From contig CAVPZX010000003.1 of assembly GCA_963710375.1 (NCBI GenBank), forward strand, positions 96,001 to 160,000: a stretch of DNA of 64,000 bases, written 5' to 3'. This document shows, piece after piece, positions 32,329 through 43,763 of this stretch. Position numbers and translations under genes: made by a program. Source of the stretch: Nitrospirota bacterium (lineage in GTDB: Bacteria; Nitrospirota; Thermodesulfovibrionia; Thermodesulfovibrionales; Dissulfurispiraceae). Position 1 is the stretch's first letter. Every line of letters begins with the position of its first letter. Below the pieces are notes generated by a model. It was not told the origin of the DNA. It was given only the letters and a program-made list of their open reading frames with translations, and searched no databases.

Positions 32329-32629
32329 AACTACCTCCATTCAAGCGGGAATTTTATAGCAGCATTAATTATGTTGGTTTTGCTTCATTCACACATTAAC
32401 CTTTTACGTCGCTCACGAAATACAGGGGTCAAGCCAGGGGCTACCCCGCTAATTTCACCGAACGCTTTTTAGTGATAGTTGGCAATTATACCATATCGCG
32501 GGCAGGCAGGTAGGTGGACGCAGTACTGAAGCGTACTGTCCCGCGTTGTGCAGGAGTGAAACATTTATGAATTGAAGTACGTAGTTACGCTGTGTTATTT
32601 TAGTATGCCTGTATAACGGGGGAGGCTGC

Positions 32630-33178
32630 ATGGTTAAAAATGACAGATGGATACATGAAATGGCGCTGGGAGGCATGATTGTTCCGTTTCAGGAGAGGCA
32701 GGCCCGGGAGGGAGTCATTTCATACGGCATAAGTTCTTACGGTTACGACATGCGTATAAGTGACGAGTTCAAGATTTTTACTAATATCAATACGACGGTG
32801 ATAGATCCGAAACAGTTCGACCCGAGAAGCCTGGTCGATTATAAGGGCGATATATGCATTGTTCCACCGAATTCGTTTGTTCTTGCCAGTTCTTTGGAGT
32901 ATTTCAAAATTCCCAGGGATGTGCTGGTGATATGTCTTGGCAAGTCAACTTATGCGCGATGCGGCATAGTAGTCAATGTCACTCCCCTGGAGCCTGAATG
33001 GGAAGGGCATATCACGGTAGAGATATCGAATACTACTCCGCTGCCGGCAAAAATATATGCGAATGAGGGTATTGCACAACTCATTTTTTTGCAGGCGTCA
33101 GAAGTATGCAGCACATCATATAAGGATAAAGCCGGCAAATATCAGGCCCAGAAAGGTATAACTCTGCCGAAGCTATAA
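32630..33178 (+). CDS. dcd: dCTP deaminase
   Basis: [36 protein letters not shown]. Confidence 0.96.
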   Translation: MVKNDRWIHEMALGGMIVPFQERQAREGVISYGISSYGYDMRISDEFKIFTNINTTVIDPKQFDPRSLVDYKGDICIVPPNSFVLASSLEYFKIPRDVLVICLGKSTYARCGIVVNVTPLEPEWEGHITVEISNTTPLPAKIYANEGIAQLIFLQASEVCSTSYKDKAGKYQAQKGITLPKL

Positions 33179-33903
33179 TGCAACTTTCATGGAAAAATAA
33201 ACTTATTGTTGCACTCGATGTGTCCGACCGGGACAAGGCGCTTGATATTGTTGACAGGCTTGGCGATCAGGCTGCCGTTTTCAAGGTCGGCTTTGAGCTT
33301 TTTGTCACTGCGGGTCCGGACATTGTCAGGGAGATACAGAAAAAAGGCAAGAGGGTATTTCTCGATCTCAAGTTTCATGATATTCCGAATACTGTTACCA
33401 GGGCTGCTGTTGCTGCTGCGAGACTCGGCGTTTACATGTTCAATGTGCACACCTCTGGCGGCCTTGCCATGATGAAGCAGTGCACTGACGCTGTGGCGGA
33501 GTTGTGCATTAAGGAAAATATTCAGAGGCCTAAGATTATCGGTGTTACAGCTCTTACGAGCCTCGATACCGAAATACTCAAGAACGAACTTGGGATTCAT
33601 TACAGTCTGAAAACTCATGTTAAGCGCCTCGCCTCGCTTGCGTTTGCTGCCGGTCTTGACGGAGTTGTCGCGTCACCGCATGAAACAGTAATGATAAAGC
33701 TCCAATGCGGAAAGGATTTTCTTGTGGTCACGCCTGGAATAAGACCGTCCTGGGTCCCGCCGGACGACCAGAAGAGGACGGCAACCCCCAGGCAGGCGCT
33801 GCGGGATGGAGCTGACTACATTGTAATGGGCAGAGGGATCCTAAAGGACGAGGACCCGGCCAGGGCCCTGGAGCTTATTTCTCTTGAAATGCTCACCGCG
33901 TAA
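33178..33903 (+). CDS. pyrF: orotidine-5'-phosphate decarboxylase
   Basis: LIVALD, FLDLKFHDIPNTV, VTPGIR, DDQKR, VMGR. Confidence 0.96.
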   Translation: MQLSWKNKLIVALDVSDRDKALDIVDRLGDQAAVFKVGFELFVTAGPDIVREIQKKGKRVFLDLKFHDIPNTVTRAAVAAARLGVYMFNVHTSGGLAMMKQCTDAVAELCIKENIQRPKIIGVTALTSLDTEILKNELGIHYSLKTHVKRLASLAFAAGLDGVVASPHETVMIKLQCGKDFLVVTPGIRPSWVPPDDQKRTATPRQALRDGADYIVMGRGILKDEDPARALELISLEMLTA

Positions 33904-33909
33904 CTGAAC

Positions 33910-35410
33910 TTGAACCTCGACAAAACAGATTTCCTGGATCGCGCAGCGAGTGGGCGCATCCCGCCGCTTTTCGAAGAGATTCCTTATGTTGAACCCCATC
34001 TGTTTTATGAACGGCTTTCCGCATCGCGGCAACTGCATCATAGCGTTCTTCTTGAAAGCGTGAAGGGCCCATACAAAATAGCCCGTTATTCATTTATCGC
34101 TTTTGAACCGTATTTGGTGTTGAGTGCCAAAGACGGCGAAGTATGCGTCAGCTCTACCAACGGGGAAAAGAGTTCTATTTCACTCAGATCTCCGTTGGAC
34201 CGGTTGAGCGAACTCATTGCTGCTTATCCGCAGGACGCTGTCCCGGAACTCCCGCCTTTTCAGGGAGGCGCGATTGGATTGCTTTCCTATGACTTTGTAA
34301 GATACCTGGAAAATATTCCGAGAAATGCCGTGGCCGACCTCGACATCCCTGACATTCATTTTATGATGGCTGACAGGATTGCTGCTTTTGACCATCTTGA
34401 AAAAAGAGCCTGGATTATTATATCCCCGGGAGCGCGCCACACGCAAATGGGATTCAGGGACATCGCGGATATTGACTGGGACAGCGCATATGATGAAGCG
34501 GCTGAAGTTGTCAGGAGCATAGTGGGTCTGGAATTTCGCAGCGCTGACATCGGGCCGCAGGTAAGCCGGACGCCTTTGCTGAAATACGAGATGGACAAGG
34601 ACTCTTATATGAAGATCGTAAGGAAAGCCAAGGAATATATTGCCTCTGGGGACATATTTCAGGCGAACCTGTCCCAGCGCATCTCGGCATTCGTTGACGA
34701 TGTCGTACCGTGGGACCTTTATAAAATGCTGAGGCATATAAATCCTTCCCCTTTTGCCGCCTTTGCCGATTTCGGCAGTTATACTATTGTCAGACTCGTC
34801 GCCCGAACGTTTGGTAAAAGTAAAAGACCGCATTATTGAAACGCGGCCGATTGCCGGCACCAGGCCGCGCGGGCAAAGCGTTGATGAGGACTCACTTATG
34901 AGGGCTGAATTGCTGCTCAATGAAAAAGAGCGGGCAGAGCACATAATGCTTATTGACCTCGAAAGAAACGATATCGGAAGGGTGGCTGAGTTCGGCAGCA
35001 TAAATGTTGACGAGCTGATGATAACCGAGGACTACTCGCATGTTATACATATTGTCTCAAACATAAAGGGCATTCTCAAAAACGGCAAAACATGTTTCGA
35101 TGTTATACGGGCCGTATTTCCCGGCGGCACGATTACCGGTGTGCCAAAAGTGAGGTGTATGGAAATAATCGATGAGCTTGAACCTGTTGCAAGGGGGCCT
35201 TATACCGGCTCCCTCGGTTATGTAGGTTTTTCAGGCTCTATGGACCTGAATATTATTATCCGGTCTTTTTTAATTAAAGATCAACATGCATATGTTCAGG
35301 TCGGAGCAGGAATTGTCGCGGATTCAGACCCTGAGAGAGAATATTACGAAACGTTGAAGAAGGCTGAAGCCCTGATAAATACGATAGAGCTTTTGCATGT
35401 GAAGCAGTAG
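33910..35410 (+). CDS. anthranilate/aminodeoxychorismate synthase component I family (frameshift near 34790)
   Basis: LLES, FQGGAIG..SYD, GDIFQANLS, NPSPF; then SSPERL, RPIAGTRPRG, EHIMLIDLERND, FPGGTITGVPK, GAGIVADS. Confidence 0.92.
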
Positions 35411-35590
35411 TATTCAGGGTCTGTTTATATATCCCCTGCCGATGGAGAAGTTGTCGTTCGAGAGAGAAATGTTTTTTGTACAGATTTCATATATAATCTA
35501 CGAATTGGGCCGGCAGTTGTGGAATATCTGCGACCACTGTTCAGCCGGCAGGTTGTTCTGATATTTACAAACTGGGAGGATTAATTCTTT

Positions 35591-37304
35591 ATGAAGGCAT
35601 GGGTAATAGCTTTATTTATTCCGGCCATGTTACTTGCTTTACCTGCAATTGCTCCTGCGGTCAGTTTGCCCAGCGCCGGTTCGACTCAGCGTGAGATAGA
35701 GAAACAATTACAGGAACAGCAGCCCCAGCCGAGTGCTCCGGCCCCGGCTCCGCTCCCTCCTCAGCCTGCTGCGCCCGAGGGTGTCAAGGCTCTTGTCAAG
35801 GACTTCCTTATCACCGGGGAGAAGATATTCACTGAGAAGCAGCTCAAATCGCTCCTTACCGGATTTATAGGCAAAGAACTCAGTATCACGGAACTGGAAG
35901 GGGCCGCCCGGACCATTGATGAGTTTTACCGCAGCAAAGGCTTCATAGTGCGGGTTTACCTGCCGCAGCAGGAGATAAAGGACGGGGTAGTGCATATCGT
36001 TGTCATTGAAGGAAAGCTCGAAGGGGTTGAGGTTGACGAGAAAACCAAATCCCGCCTTGGCTCAGCAAAGGCAAAGAATTATATAACTGCTGCCCAGCCT
36101 CTTGGCGAAACGTTGCTCATAAACAGCCTTGAGCGCGGCATGCTTCTGCTGAACGACCTCCCCGGGGTTTCCGCCACATCCATACTGCATCCGGGACAGG
36201 AGGCAGGCACCTCCCGCCTTTTGCTGAAGGTCCAAGATACCCCTTTGTTTTCCGGCGGCACTTTTTACAACAATGCAGGTCAGAGGGCCACCGGCACAAG
36301 TCAGGGCATAATATACGCAAGCGCCAATGACATAACCGGCATTGGCGACCAGTTCACAATAACCGGGCTTCATTCTGACAAAGACGGCACAGATTTTTCA
36401 AGTGCAGCCTATAGTCTGCCGATAGGTTATTCAGGGCTCCGGGTCGGCTCTTCTGTTTCAGGTTTGAAATACAAGCTCGTCGGCGATTTCGCGTCCTTCG
36501 AGTCCAACGGCAGCGCAGAGACATATGACGTCAACGCCAACTATCCTATCATCCGAAGCCACTCTATTAATCTGATCACGAGCGTCAGCTATGACCATAA
36601 ATGCTATCTCAATAAGGTGGCAGGCTCAACTACCAGTGATAAAAGAGTTAACGTTGGATCATTTGCCCTAAAAGGGGATCTATTTGACCAACTCCTGGGA
36701 GGGGGACATACGACGGCTGGAATAACGCTATATAATGGGAGCCTTCAGACTCGGTAATGCCCCTGATGACAAAGCAGCTGATGAGGCGACAGCCCGTACA
36801 GAGGGACAATACCTGAAACTTGGATGGAATGCATCCAGGCTGCAGACCATATACACGAAGACATCGTTATACCTGGGATTTTCAGGCCAGTTTGCAGATA
36901 AGAATCTCGATTCTTCCGAAAAGTTCATCCTCGGCGGCCCTTATGGGGTGCGGGCCTATCCTGTAAATGAGGCATCCGGAGATGAGGGCGTACTCGCCAG
37001 CTTAGAGCTGCGCCAGAACATAATCAATGAAATCCAGGTCATTGGCTTTCTGGATTATGGACATATCGTTGTTAATCATACCCCCTGGGCCGGTTCTCAG
37101 GGCGCATTAAATACGCCGAACCGATACGATCTTGCCGGCGCAGGTCCGGGGATAAACCTTCTGTTTAATAAGCTCAAAATGAATGCAAATCTAAACGTTG
37201 CATGGCCCATAGGTGCGAATCCGGGGCGCGACGCTTTCGGTAACGACAATGACGGCACCCATAAAAGGCCGCGATTCTGGTTATCTGCGCAAAAATATTT
37301 TTAG
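35591..37304 (+). CDS. ShlB/FhaC/HecB (TpsB) outer-membrane transporter (frameshift near 36735)
   Basis: POTRA Y..KGF...VYLPQQEI.DG.V.I..IEG, LNDLPG; LDSSEKF.LGG..GVRAY; C-terminal F. Confidence 0.9.
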
Positions 37305-37433
37305 GGCAGAAAAAATCCCGGCCCGGAATTAATTTTGACATTAAAATTTACCAAACCAATATTGCATCATTAATGGATAATATTGTATGTTAATCAGACC
37401 ACTATTTATATAAAACTTCAAACGGGAATAAAC

Positions 37434-39263
37434 ATGAAAGTGCCATTTTCAAAGAAAATCGTGACGAAGCTGATTTTTTATCCGCTATTGTTGATGCTTG
37501 TGCTCTTTGCAGCCCTTTCCGCCGGCTTTTATTTCCTCGTCCCGCAGAATCCTTTTGTTGATTTTCCCAGGCGGGAGCAGATGAGTCTATTGTCCGAGAA
37601 AAGAGTCGCCGTTGATATGTGGTTTGAGCAATGTAAAAAAAGCACCGAATATATTTCGAAAAACGATATTGTCAGAGAGGCGATTTCCGTGCATACTTCT
37701 TCTGCGGCGGCAGCCGACAAACGGAGGAAGAAAGTGCCTGTTCCGGTAAGAGCGGCTGTTGAGGCTGCGTCGCAGAAGTTGCTTGATGATATGGTCCTTT
37801 CTTCTCCTTGCAAAATGTTCGCTCTTTTGTTAAAGGATGGGACAATTATCTCGAGCAGCCAGAAAGAACTGATAGGCAGCAACTGGTCGGATAGAGACTT
37901 TTTCACGAGCGTAATAGCTGATTTGCAATCTTCATCAGTGCGAGTATTTCGTAGTGCCGACAGCGGTATGGTTTTCCTTGCCCCTGTCTTTGCAGAAAAG
38001 GAGGGCATGGTAGGCGTTATTTATGCAATTCCTAATAATGAAAGGCTTGCCGGACTTTTACACGTCAACAACGCTGTGTACAAAACAGAAAAAGTCGAGC
38101 TGATTGACAGGGAAGGCAACCTGATACTAACGCAAAAAGGGTTTCCTGACAAGAGAATCAAATACAACGTACCTAACACCGATAAGGAGAAATCGGTCCA
38201 GTTAAAGGACAACCTGTTTTTCTACGTTGTTTCCCTCGGGAATGCACCTTTTCGTCTTATCTCGACCATTGACAAGTCTGAGGTCAAGCAGCCTTTGACA
38301 ATTGTTTTAGTGTTGTGCGCGGTATTCGCCGGTTTGTTCATTATCGTGCTGGTGTTTTGGACCCTCTATTACGGCCCGAAACTCGTTTCAAAGCCGGTAG
38401 CAAGGTTTATTTCTGCGTTGAAAGAAGTTTCTGAGGGCATTCTGAACAATATTAATTTGGGAAAAGATTATAGCGGGGAATTGCTCGACTTGAAAAAGTC
38501 AATCGAGTCGATGGTCAACGAACTTAAGACCAAGGAATCGTTACAAGCGGAGAGGCTTGAGGCAGAAAGGCTTGAGGCTGCAAAAGCAATGGCCTGTGCC
38601 CCTCTTGTAGACATTATATATGAATTAAGAGACCCTCTGAGCGATACTGCCGGCTATGCGGAAGAGGTGATCAAGAGTGATCAGCAGCTTAATGAACAGA
38701 GCAGGAAGAACCTGCAGGATATGCTCTTCACTTTGAAGGACCTTTTCCTGTTCGTGGACAATCTTTATCATTATGCTCAGATCGAGCAAAAGAAGTTTGT
38801 TACTGAGACTGAACCGTTTAATCTCTGCGAACTCCTGGATGACATTGGACAGTATGCAAAAGACCTTGCAGGCATGAAAGAAATAGAAGTGATCGTGGAG
38901 TGCCAGGAAGTGTTTATGGACAGGATGGTGTATACGGACGGATTGCTGCTCAAAAAATTGTTGATGAACCTTGTAAACAATGCAGTGAAAAATACCATTG
39001 CGGGGACTATCACCATATTGACTACTGAGGCATCAAAAGATGGGACGGAGTATATTGAGGTGTCGGTTGCCGATACCGGAAAAGGGTTTGACAGCGATGA
39101 ATTGGACCGATTATTCGGGGGAATATCCTCTCCCGATTCATCCTTGGGGCTTATTATGGCACGAAAAATGGCCGAAATTCTCAGAGGCAATCTTGAAATC
39201 GAGAGTTTGGCCGGCAAGGGTTCAGTTTTTACCGTCAATATTCCGATTAAGCCGATTGTCTGA
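37434..39263 (+). CDS. Cache/HAMP sensor histidine kinase-like protein with degenerate H-box
   Basis: Two TMs, HAMP, IYELRDPL, NLVNNAVK, VADTGKG, LGL, G.GS.F. Confidence 0.85.
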   Translation: MKVPFSKKIVTKLIFYPLLLMLVLFAALSAGFYFLVPQNPFVDFPRREQMSLLSEKRVAVDMWFEQCKKSTEYISKNDIVREAISVHTSSAAAADKRRKKVPVPVRAAVEAASQKLLDDMVLSSPCKMFALLLKDGTIISSSQKELIGSNWSDRDFFTSVIADLQSSSVRVFRSADSGMVFLAPVFAEKEGMVGVIYAIPNNERLAGLLHVNNAVYKTEKVELIDREGNLILTQKGFPDKRIKYNVPNTDKEKSVQLKDNLFFYVVSLGNAPFRLISTIDKSEVKQPLTIVLVLCAVFAGLFIIVLVFWTLYYGPKLVSKPVARFISALKEVSEGILNNINLGKDYSGELLDLKKSIESMVNELKTKESLQAERLEAERLEAAKAMACAPLVDIIYELRDPLSDTAGYAEEVIKSDQQLNEQSRKNLQDMLFTLKDLFLFVDNLYHYAQIEQKKFVTETEPFNLCELLDDIGQYAKDLAGMKEIEVIVECQEVFMDRMVYTDGLLLKKLLMNLVNNAVKNTIAGTITILTTEASKDGTEYIEVSVADTGKGFDSDELDRLFGGISSPDSSLGLIMARKMAEILRGNLEIESLAGKGSVFTVNIPIKPIV

Positions 39264-39304
39264 ATTGCAGATACTAAATACTAAAGAGGGGGAATTTTCA
39301 GACA

Positions 39305-40723
39305 GTGAGCGGCGATGAAAAAAGCAAGAGTATAGTTGACAGGATTTGGGATTTATTTTCTTCCATAAAGCTTGCGGTGGTAGTTTTCACCATTATCTCG
39401 GCCACCTCTATCGTGGGCACCGTAATTGAACAACAAGCCGAACCTGAGCAGAATATAAAACTGCTGGCAAAGTTTGTAGGTGTGGATTTTGCTCCAACTG
39501 CCTTTCGCATATTGGATACGCTGGGTTTTACCGATATGTTCCGCTCCTGGTGGTTCATGGCCCTACTGTTCATATTCACGGCTAATCTGGTCATCTGTTC
39601 TTTTGAGAGACTTCCCAAGATATGGAAGCTTGTCAAGGAGCCGGTCAAGCCTGTAACAGCTGAACGGTTAAATGCCCTGTCGATAAAACGGGAGATTATT
39701 TTAAAAGAGAAAGTTGACAAAGCCGCAGAGCATGCCGGGGCTGTACTGAAGAGGAATGGATTCAGGGCCGGCGAGAGGAAAGAGGACAACGGGGTCCAGT
39801 TATACGCTGAAAAGGGCAGATACAGCAGGCTTGGAGTATACATTACACATCTGAGCATACTGCTGATATTGGGTGGAGCGGTAATAGGGATGATTTTCGG
39901 GTTCAATGGCTCGCTTAATTTACCGGAAGGGATGTCATCCGTTGTAGCCTATAAGAGCAGCGGAATGCAGATACCGCTGGGGTTTGAGGTCCGGTGCGAT
40001 AATTTCAATGTTTCATTTTACGACAATACTGATACTCCCAAATCATATAAAAGCTGGCTGACTATAATAGAGAGCGGTAAGGAAGTAAAGGGAAAGGTGA
40101 TAGATGTGAACAACCCATTACAGCATAAAGGGATTACATTTTATCAGGCCAGTTACGGGTATGCTCCGTCGAGGAATTCGATATTTAAATTCAGCGTAAC
40201 ATCGAATGCCGGGACAAGAGGAGATGTGAATGTTAAATTTGGAGAACCGTTCACGATACCCGGGACAGCAGTGACCGGGAAAGTTATTGACTTTAGTCCT
40301 GCAATCGGTATGGACGAGTCCGGGAAGCTGTATACGTATGCGGAAATGATGAATAACCCGGCAGCATTTGTGGAATTTACAGAGAACGGGAAAATGAAAT
40401 ACCGGCAGTGGATACTGGTGCGGTTACCGCAGACATGGAAGGTGGCGGATGGGACAGTTGAGTTCAAGCATTTATGGGGAGCACAGTATACCGGATTGCA
40501 GGTGAGGAAAGACCCTGGAGTATGGCTTGTCTATCTGGGGTGCATGGTTATGGCCATGGGACTGTATACCGCATTTTTCATGGGACATAGCAGGGTATGG
40601 ATATGGGTGAGGGAAGACAAGGGCGGAGCAAAGGTTACGATAGCCGGGTCAGCGAATAAAAATAAGATCTCTTTTGAACAGAAGATAGATAAAATGACAA
40701 AAGAAGTAAGCAGTAAGCAGTAG
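39305..40723 (+). CDS. resB: cytochrome c biogenesis protein ResB/Ccs1 (System II)
   Basis: FSSIKLA, GTVIEQ, SWWF, HLSILLIL.G, VNNPL..KG..FYQASY, TGLQV.KDPG. Confidence 0.93.
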   Translation: MSGDEKSKSIVDRIWDLFSSIKLAVVVFTIISATSIVGTVIEQQAEPEQNIKLLAKFVGVDFAPTAFRILDTLGFTDMFRSWWFMALLFIFTANLVICSFERLPKIWKLVKEPVKPVTAERLNALSIKREIILKEKVDKAAEHAGAVLKRNGFRAGERKEDNGVQLYAEKGRYSRLGVYITHLSILLILGGAVIGMIFGFNGSLNLPEGMSSVVAYKSSGMQIPLGFEVRCDNFNVSFYDNTDTPKSYKSWLTIIESGKEVKGKVIDVNNPLQHKGITFYQASYGYAPSRNSIFKFSVTSNAGTRGDVNVKFGEPFTIPGTAVTGKVIDFSPAIGMDESGKLYTYAEMMNNPAAFVEFTENGKMKYRQWILVRLPQTWKVADGTVEFKHLWGAQYTGLQVRKDPGVWLVYLGCMVMAMGLYTAFFMGHSRVWIWVREDKGGAKVTIAGSANKNKISFEQKIDKMTKEVSSKQ

Positions 40724-40739
40724 GCAAAGGAGGTTATAC

Positions 40740-41825
40740 ATGGACAGTTCTCAGTTTTTCGGCATAGCGAGCATTGCGTATATACTGGCAATGGTTGCGT
40801 ATATAGCGTATCTGGCATTCAAGAATTCCGTGGTCGGGGTTATCGCGACAACAATAACAGTGGTTGGATTTATCTCGCATACAATAGCATTTATTCTGCG
40901 TTGGAAAGAGTTTTACGAAATCGGCCAAATGGGGATACTGAGAGCGATACCCCTTACGAACCTCTATGAATCGCTGATATTCTTTGTCTGGTGCGTGATA
41001 CTGGCGTATCTGATCATCGAGTGGAAATACAAGAACCGGTCGTTCGGAGCTTTTATCACCCCCATCGCGGGAATGGCGCTGGCGTTTATCGACATATCGG
41101 GGATGGATAAAAATATACACCCTCTGATACCTGCGCTTCAGAGCAACTGGCTGCTGGCGCATGTAACAATGAGTTTTCTCTCCTATGCAGCCTTTGCCAT
41201 ATCCTTTGCCACATCCATGATGTACCTGATTATTACGACTGAAGACAAAAAAAGCGCTCCTTATATTTTCTGGACGATTGCCTTGGGAGTATTTGTTTCG
41301 GTGTTTCTGGCCATGGGCATAGATTTTTTAGTATTCAAAGTTGCGATGAGTTCACCGGAATCGTTCATAAAGAGCTACCTGTTCAAGGCTACTTACAGGA
41401 ACAGTTCAGGGGCGGTATCGCTCGTCAGTTATTTAGGGACGGCTGTTTTTATCTTCGTAATCTGGAAGTACGGCTATTTATTAAGAAACGTTATAACATC
41501 GTTCTCTATCTCACAGGATCTGCTTGATGACCTGACATATAAGAGTGTAGCAGTGGGGTTTCCGATATTCACACTTGGCGGACTGATATTCGGTGCGGTA
41601 TGGGCAGACCAGGCGTGGGGCAGGTATTGGAGCTGGGACCCGAAAGAGACATGGTCATTGATAACGTGGTTTGTATATGCTTTTTATCTGCACGCGAGGT
41701 TTTTAAGAGGCTGGAGGGGCAGGAGGATAGCGGTAGTTGCGGTCGTGGGATTTGTCTGCACGGTCTTCACCTACCTGGGTGTTAACCTTCTGCTGAGCGG
41801 CCTGCATTCATATGGGGGAGGATAA
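40740..41825 (+). CDS. ccsA: cytochrome c biogenesis protein CcsA/ResC (System II)
   Basis: PLTNLYES, PALQSNWL..HV, GAVWA..AWG.YWSWDPKETW (WWD), GLHSY. Confidence 0.95.
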   Translation: MDSSQFFGIASIAYILAMVAYIAYLAFKNSVVGVIATTITVVGFISHTIAFILRWKEFYEIGQMGILRAIPLTNLYESLIFFVWCVILAYLIIEWKYKNRSFGAFITPIAGMALAFIDISGMDKNIHPLIPALQSNWLLAHVTMSFLSYAAFAISFATSMMYLIITTEDKKSAPYIFWTIALGVFVSVFLAMGIDFLVFKVAMSSPESFIKSYLFKATYRNSSGAVSLVSYLGTAVFIFVIWKYGYLLRNVITSFSISQDLLDDLTYKSVAVGFPIFTLGGLIFGAVWADQAWGRYWSWDPKETWSLITWFVYAFYLHARFLRGWRGRRIAVVAVVGFVCTVFTYLGVNLLLSGLHSYGGG

Positions 41826-41903
41826 AAGGCAAAGTTAAGGCTAAGGTTAAGGTTAAGCAAGGTTTCTTGTTTTTTCCTTAACCTTAACCTTGACCTCAAC
41901 CTT
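41826..41903. repeat. inverted (AAGGTT)n / (AACCTT)n hexamer array
   Basis: AAGTTAAGGCTAAGGTTAAGGTTAAG ... CCTTAACCTTAACCTTGACCTCAACCTT; same family as 9008-9145. Confidence 0.85.
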
Positions 41904-41930
41904 CTTTTATTATGAGATTTTCAGAGGAGG

Positions 41931-42761
41931 ATGTGTGAGATGGTTTTAAAAACTCCGTTAGTTGCATTGATGCTTGTCCTTGCGGTATTTATTGCAACTG
42001 CGAACGCTGAACCCCCGTATATGGACCCTGTTACAGGAATGGAGTTTGTATTTATTAAAGGCGGTTGTTATCAAATGGGTGACCCGACCGGCGACAGCAA
42101 TGACAGGCCGCCCCATGAGGTATGCGTTAGTGATTTTTACATGAGTAAGTACGACGTTACCAATCAGCAGTTCAGAAAATTCAGGCCCGAACACAGTAGC
42201 GGCAACTTTGAGGGTTTGTCGGAAAATGGTGACGAACAGCCGGTTGTGAATGTTACCTGGGAGGATGCGGTCGCTTTTGCCGGGTGGCTGTCTCAAAAAA
42301 GCGGGCGGACTTACAGGCTGCCGACCGAGGCGGAGTGGGAGTACGCAGCCCGTGCCGGATCACAGACCACATATTTCTGGGGCAATAACCCTGACGATGC
42401 CTGCAAATATGCTAATGTGGCTGATCTGACTGCAAAGAAGCGCTGGAAGAAATGGACCGTCTTTAATTGTGATGACAAGTTTCTGGTTACGTCTCCTGTC
42501 GGCAGTTTTCTGCCAAACAACAATGGGCTTTACGATATGCTCGGCAATGTTTGGCAATGGGTCGAGGACGTATACAATAAAGAAGCCTATATCAAGCTTC
42601 CTAAATACAACCCGGTGTACGAGGGTTCCGGCAAATATCGTGTCATGCGGGGCGGGGGCTGGAGCAACGGGCCTCTGGGTGTGAGGGTTTCCCATCGCGT
42701 TCCGCTTACACCGGATTTCGGACATCATGCTCTAGGGTTCCGGCTAGTGATGGCCAAATGA
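41931..42761 (+). CDS. secreted formylglycine-generating enzyme (SUMF1/FGE-sulfatase) domain protein
   Basis: PVVNVTWEDA, RLPTEAEWEYAARAG, GLYDMLGNVWQW, RGGGW, GFRL. Confidence 0.92.
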   Translation: MCEMVLKTPLVALMLVLAVFIATANAEPPYMDPVTGMEFVFIKGGCYQMGDPTGDSNDRPPHEVCVSDFYMSKYDVTNQQFRKFRPEHSSGNFEGLSENGDEQPVVNVTWEDAVAFAGWLSQKSGRTYRLPTEAEWEYAARAGSQTTYFWGNNPDDACKYANVADLTAKKRWKKWTVFNCDDKFLVTSPVGSFLPNNNGLYDMLGNVWQWVEDVYNKEAYIKLPKYNPVYEGSGKYRVMRGGGWSNGPLGVRVSHRVPLTPDFGHHALGFRLVMAK

Positions 42762-42818
42762 GAAGATTATTTTGAGAACTCTGAACGCCTTGCCAATTCG
42801 GGGACCACGGTTTTATAA

Positions 42819-43763
42819 TTGAACATGCTGATTTCGTTCCGTTTCGAAACGCTTTATAAATTACTCATTATTTTTTGTCTTATTCTCTCTGCTCTTCCCG
42901 GCTGCAAAAAGAGCGAAGAAGTCACTCCGAAGATGGCATCACCGGGTCCTGAAATCGTTATCGGACTTATTCCGGAACAAAACATCTTCGCACAGATGGA
43001 TAAGTACCAGCTGCTTTCAGACTACCTTTCGGCCAGGATCGGCAGGCCAATTCACTGGCGAGTCGAGCCCCATTACGGCACTATTATTGATGACTTTCGC
43101 TCTTCTAAACTTGACGGGGCTTTTTTTGGGAGTTTCAGTTATGTGCTTGTTCACGCAAGAACTGGCGCTGAGGTCATGGTGCGCGCCGAGGACCTTAACG
43201 GTGTGTTGACGTACAGGGGTCTTATTTTTGTGAGAAGGGACAGCAGAATTAAATCGGTAAAAGACATGAAAGGGAAACGCTTTGCTTTTGTTGACAAGGC
43301 GACGACAGCAGGTTACCTGTTACCACTGGCATATTTCAAGAAAATGGGTATTGACAACTACGCCGCTTACCTGAGAGAGGTTTACTTCACCGGAACTCAT
43401 ACGGACGCGATTTACGATGTGTTGAACCGGAAGGCGGATATCGGAGCTGCAAAAAACACTGTTTTAGAGAAAGTTGAAGCCGCTGACAGCCGCATAAAGA
43501 AAGAACTGATTGTTCTTGAAAAGTCTCCCGAGGTGCCTGAAAATGGCCTTGCTGTCAGAAAAGACCTTGATCCCGCACTTAAGAAAAAACTGAAGGATGT
43601 CCTGCTCGATATGTACCAGGATCCGGATGGACAGAACGTCCTGGAGCAGTTCGGGGCGAGAAGGTTTATCGAGACCACGGATCAGGATTATAAGGCAGTT
43701 TACGAATATACCCGGCAACTCGACATCGACCTCCAAACCTTCGACTACGGGGGCAAGAAATGA
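42819..43763 (+). CDS. PhnD/phosphonate-type periplasmic binding lipoprotein (no permease adjacent)
   Basis: Lipobox LPGC; Y.GLIFVR.DS, KGKRFAFVD..TTAGYL.P, GTH.DAI..V. Confidence 0.85.
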   Translation: MNMLISFRFETLYKLLIIFCLILSALPGCKKSEEVTPKMASPGPEIVIGLIPEQNIFAQMDKYQLLSDYLSARIGRPIHWRVEPHYGTIIDDFRSSKLDGAFFGSFSYVLVHARTGAEVMVRAEDLNGVLTYRGLIFVRRDSRIKSVKDMKGKRFAFVDKATTAGYLLPLAYFKKMGIDNYAAYLREVYFTGTHTDAIYDVLNRKADIGAAKNTVLEKVEAADSRIKKELIVLEKSPEVPENGLAVRKDLDPALKKKLKDVLLDMYQDPDGQNVLEQFGARRFIETTDQDYKAVYEYTRQLDIDLQTFDYGGKK

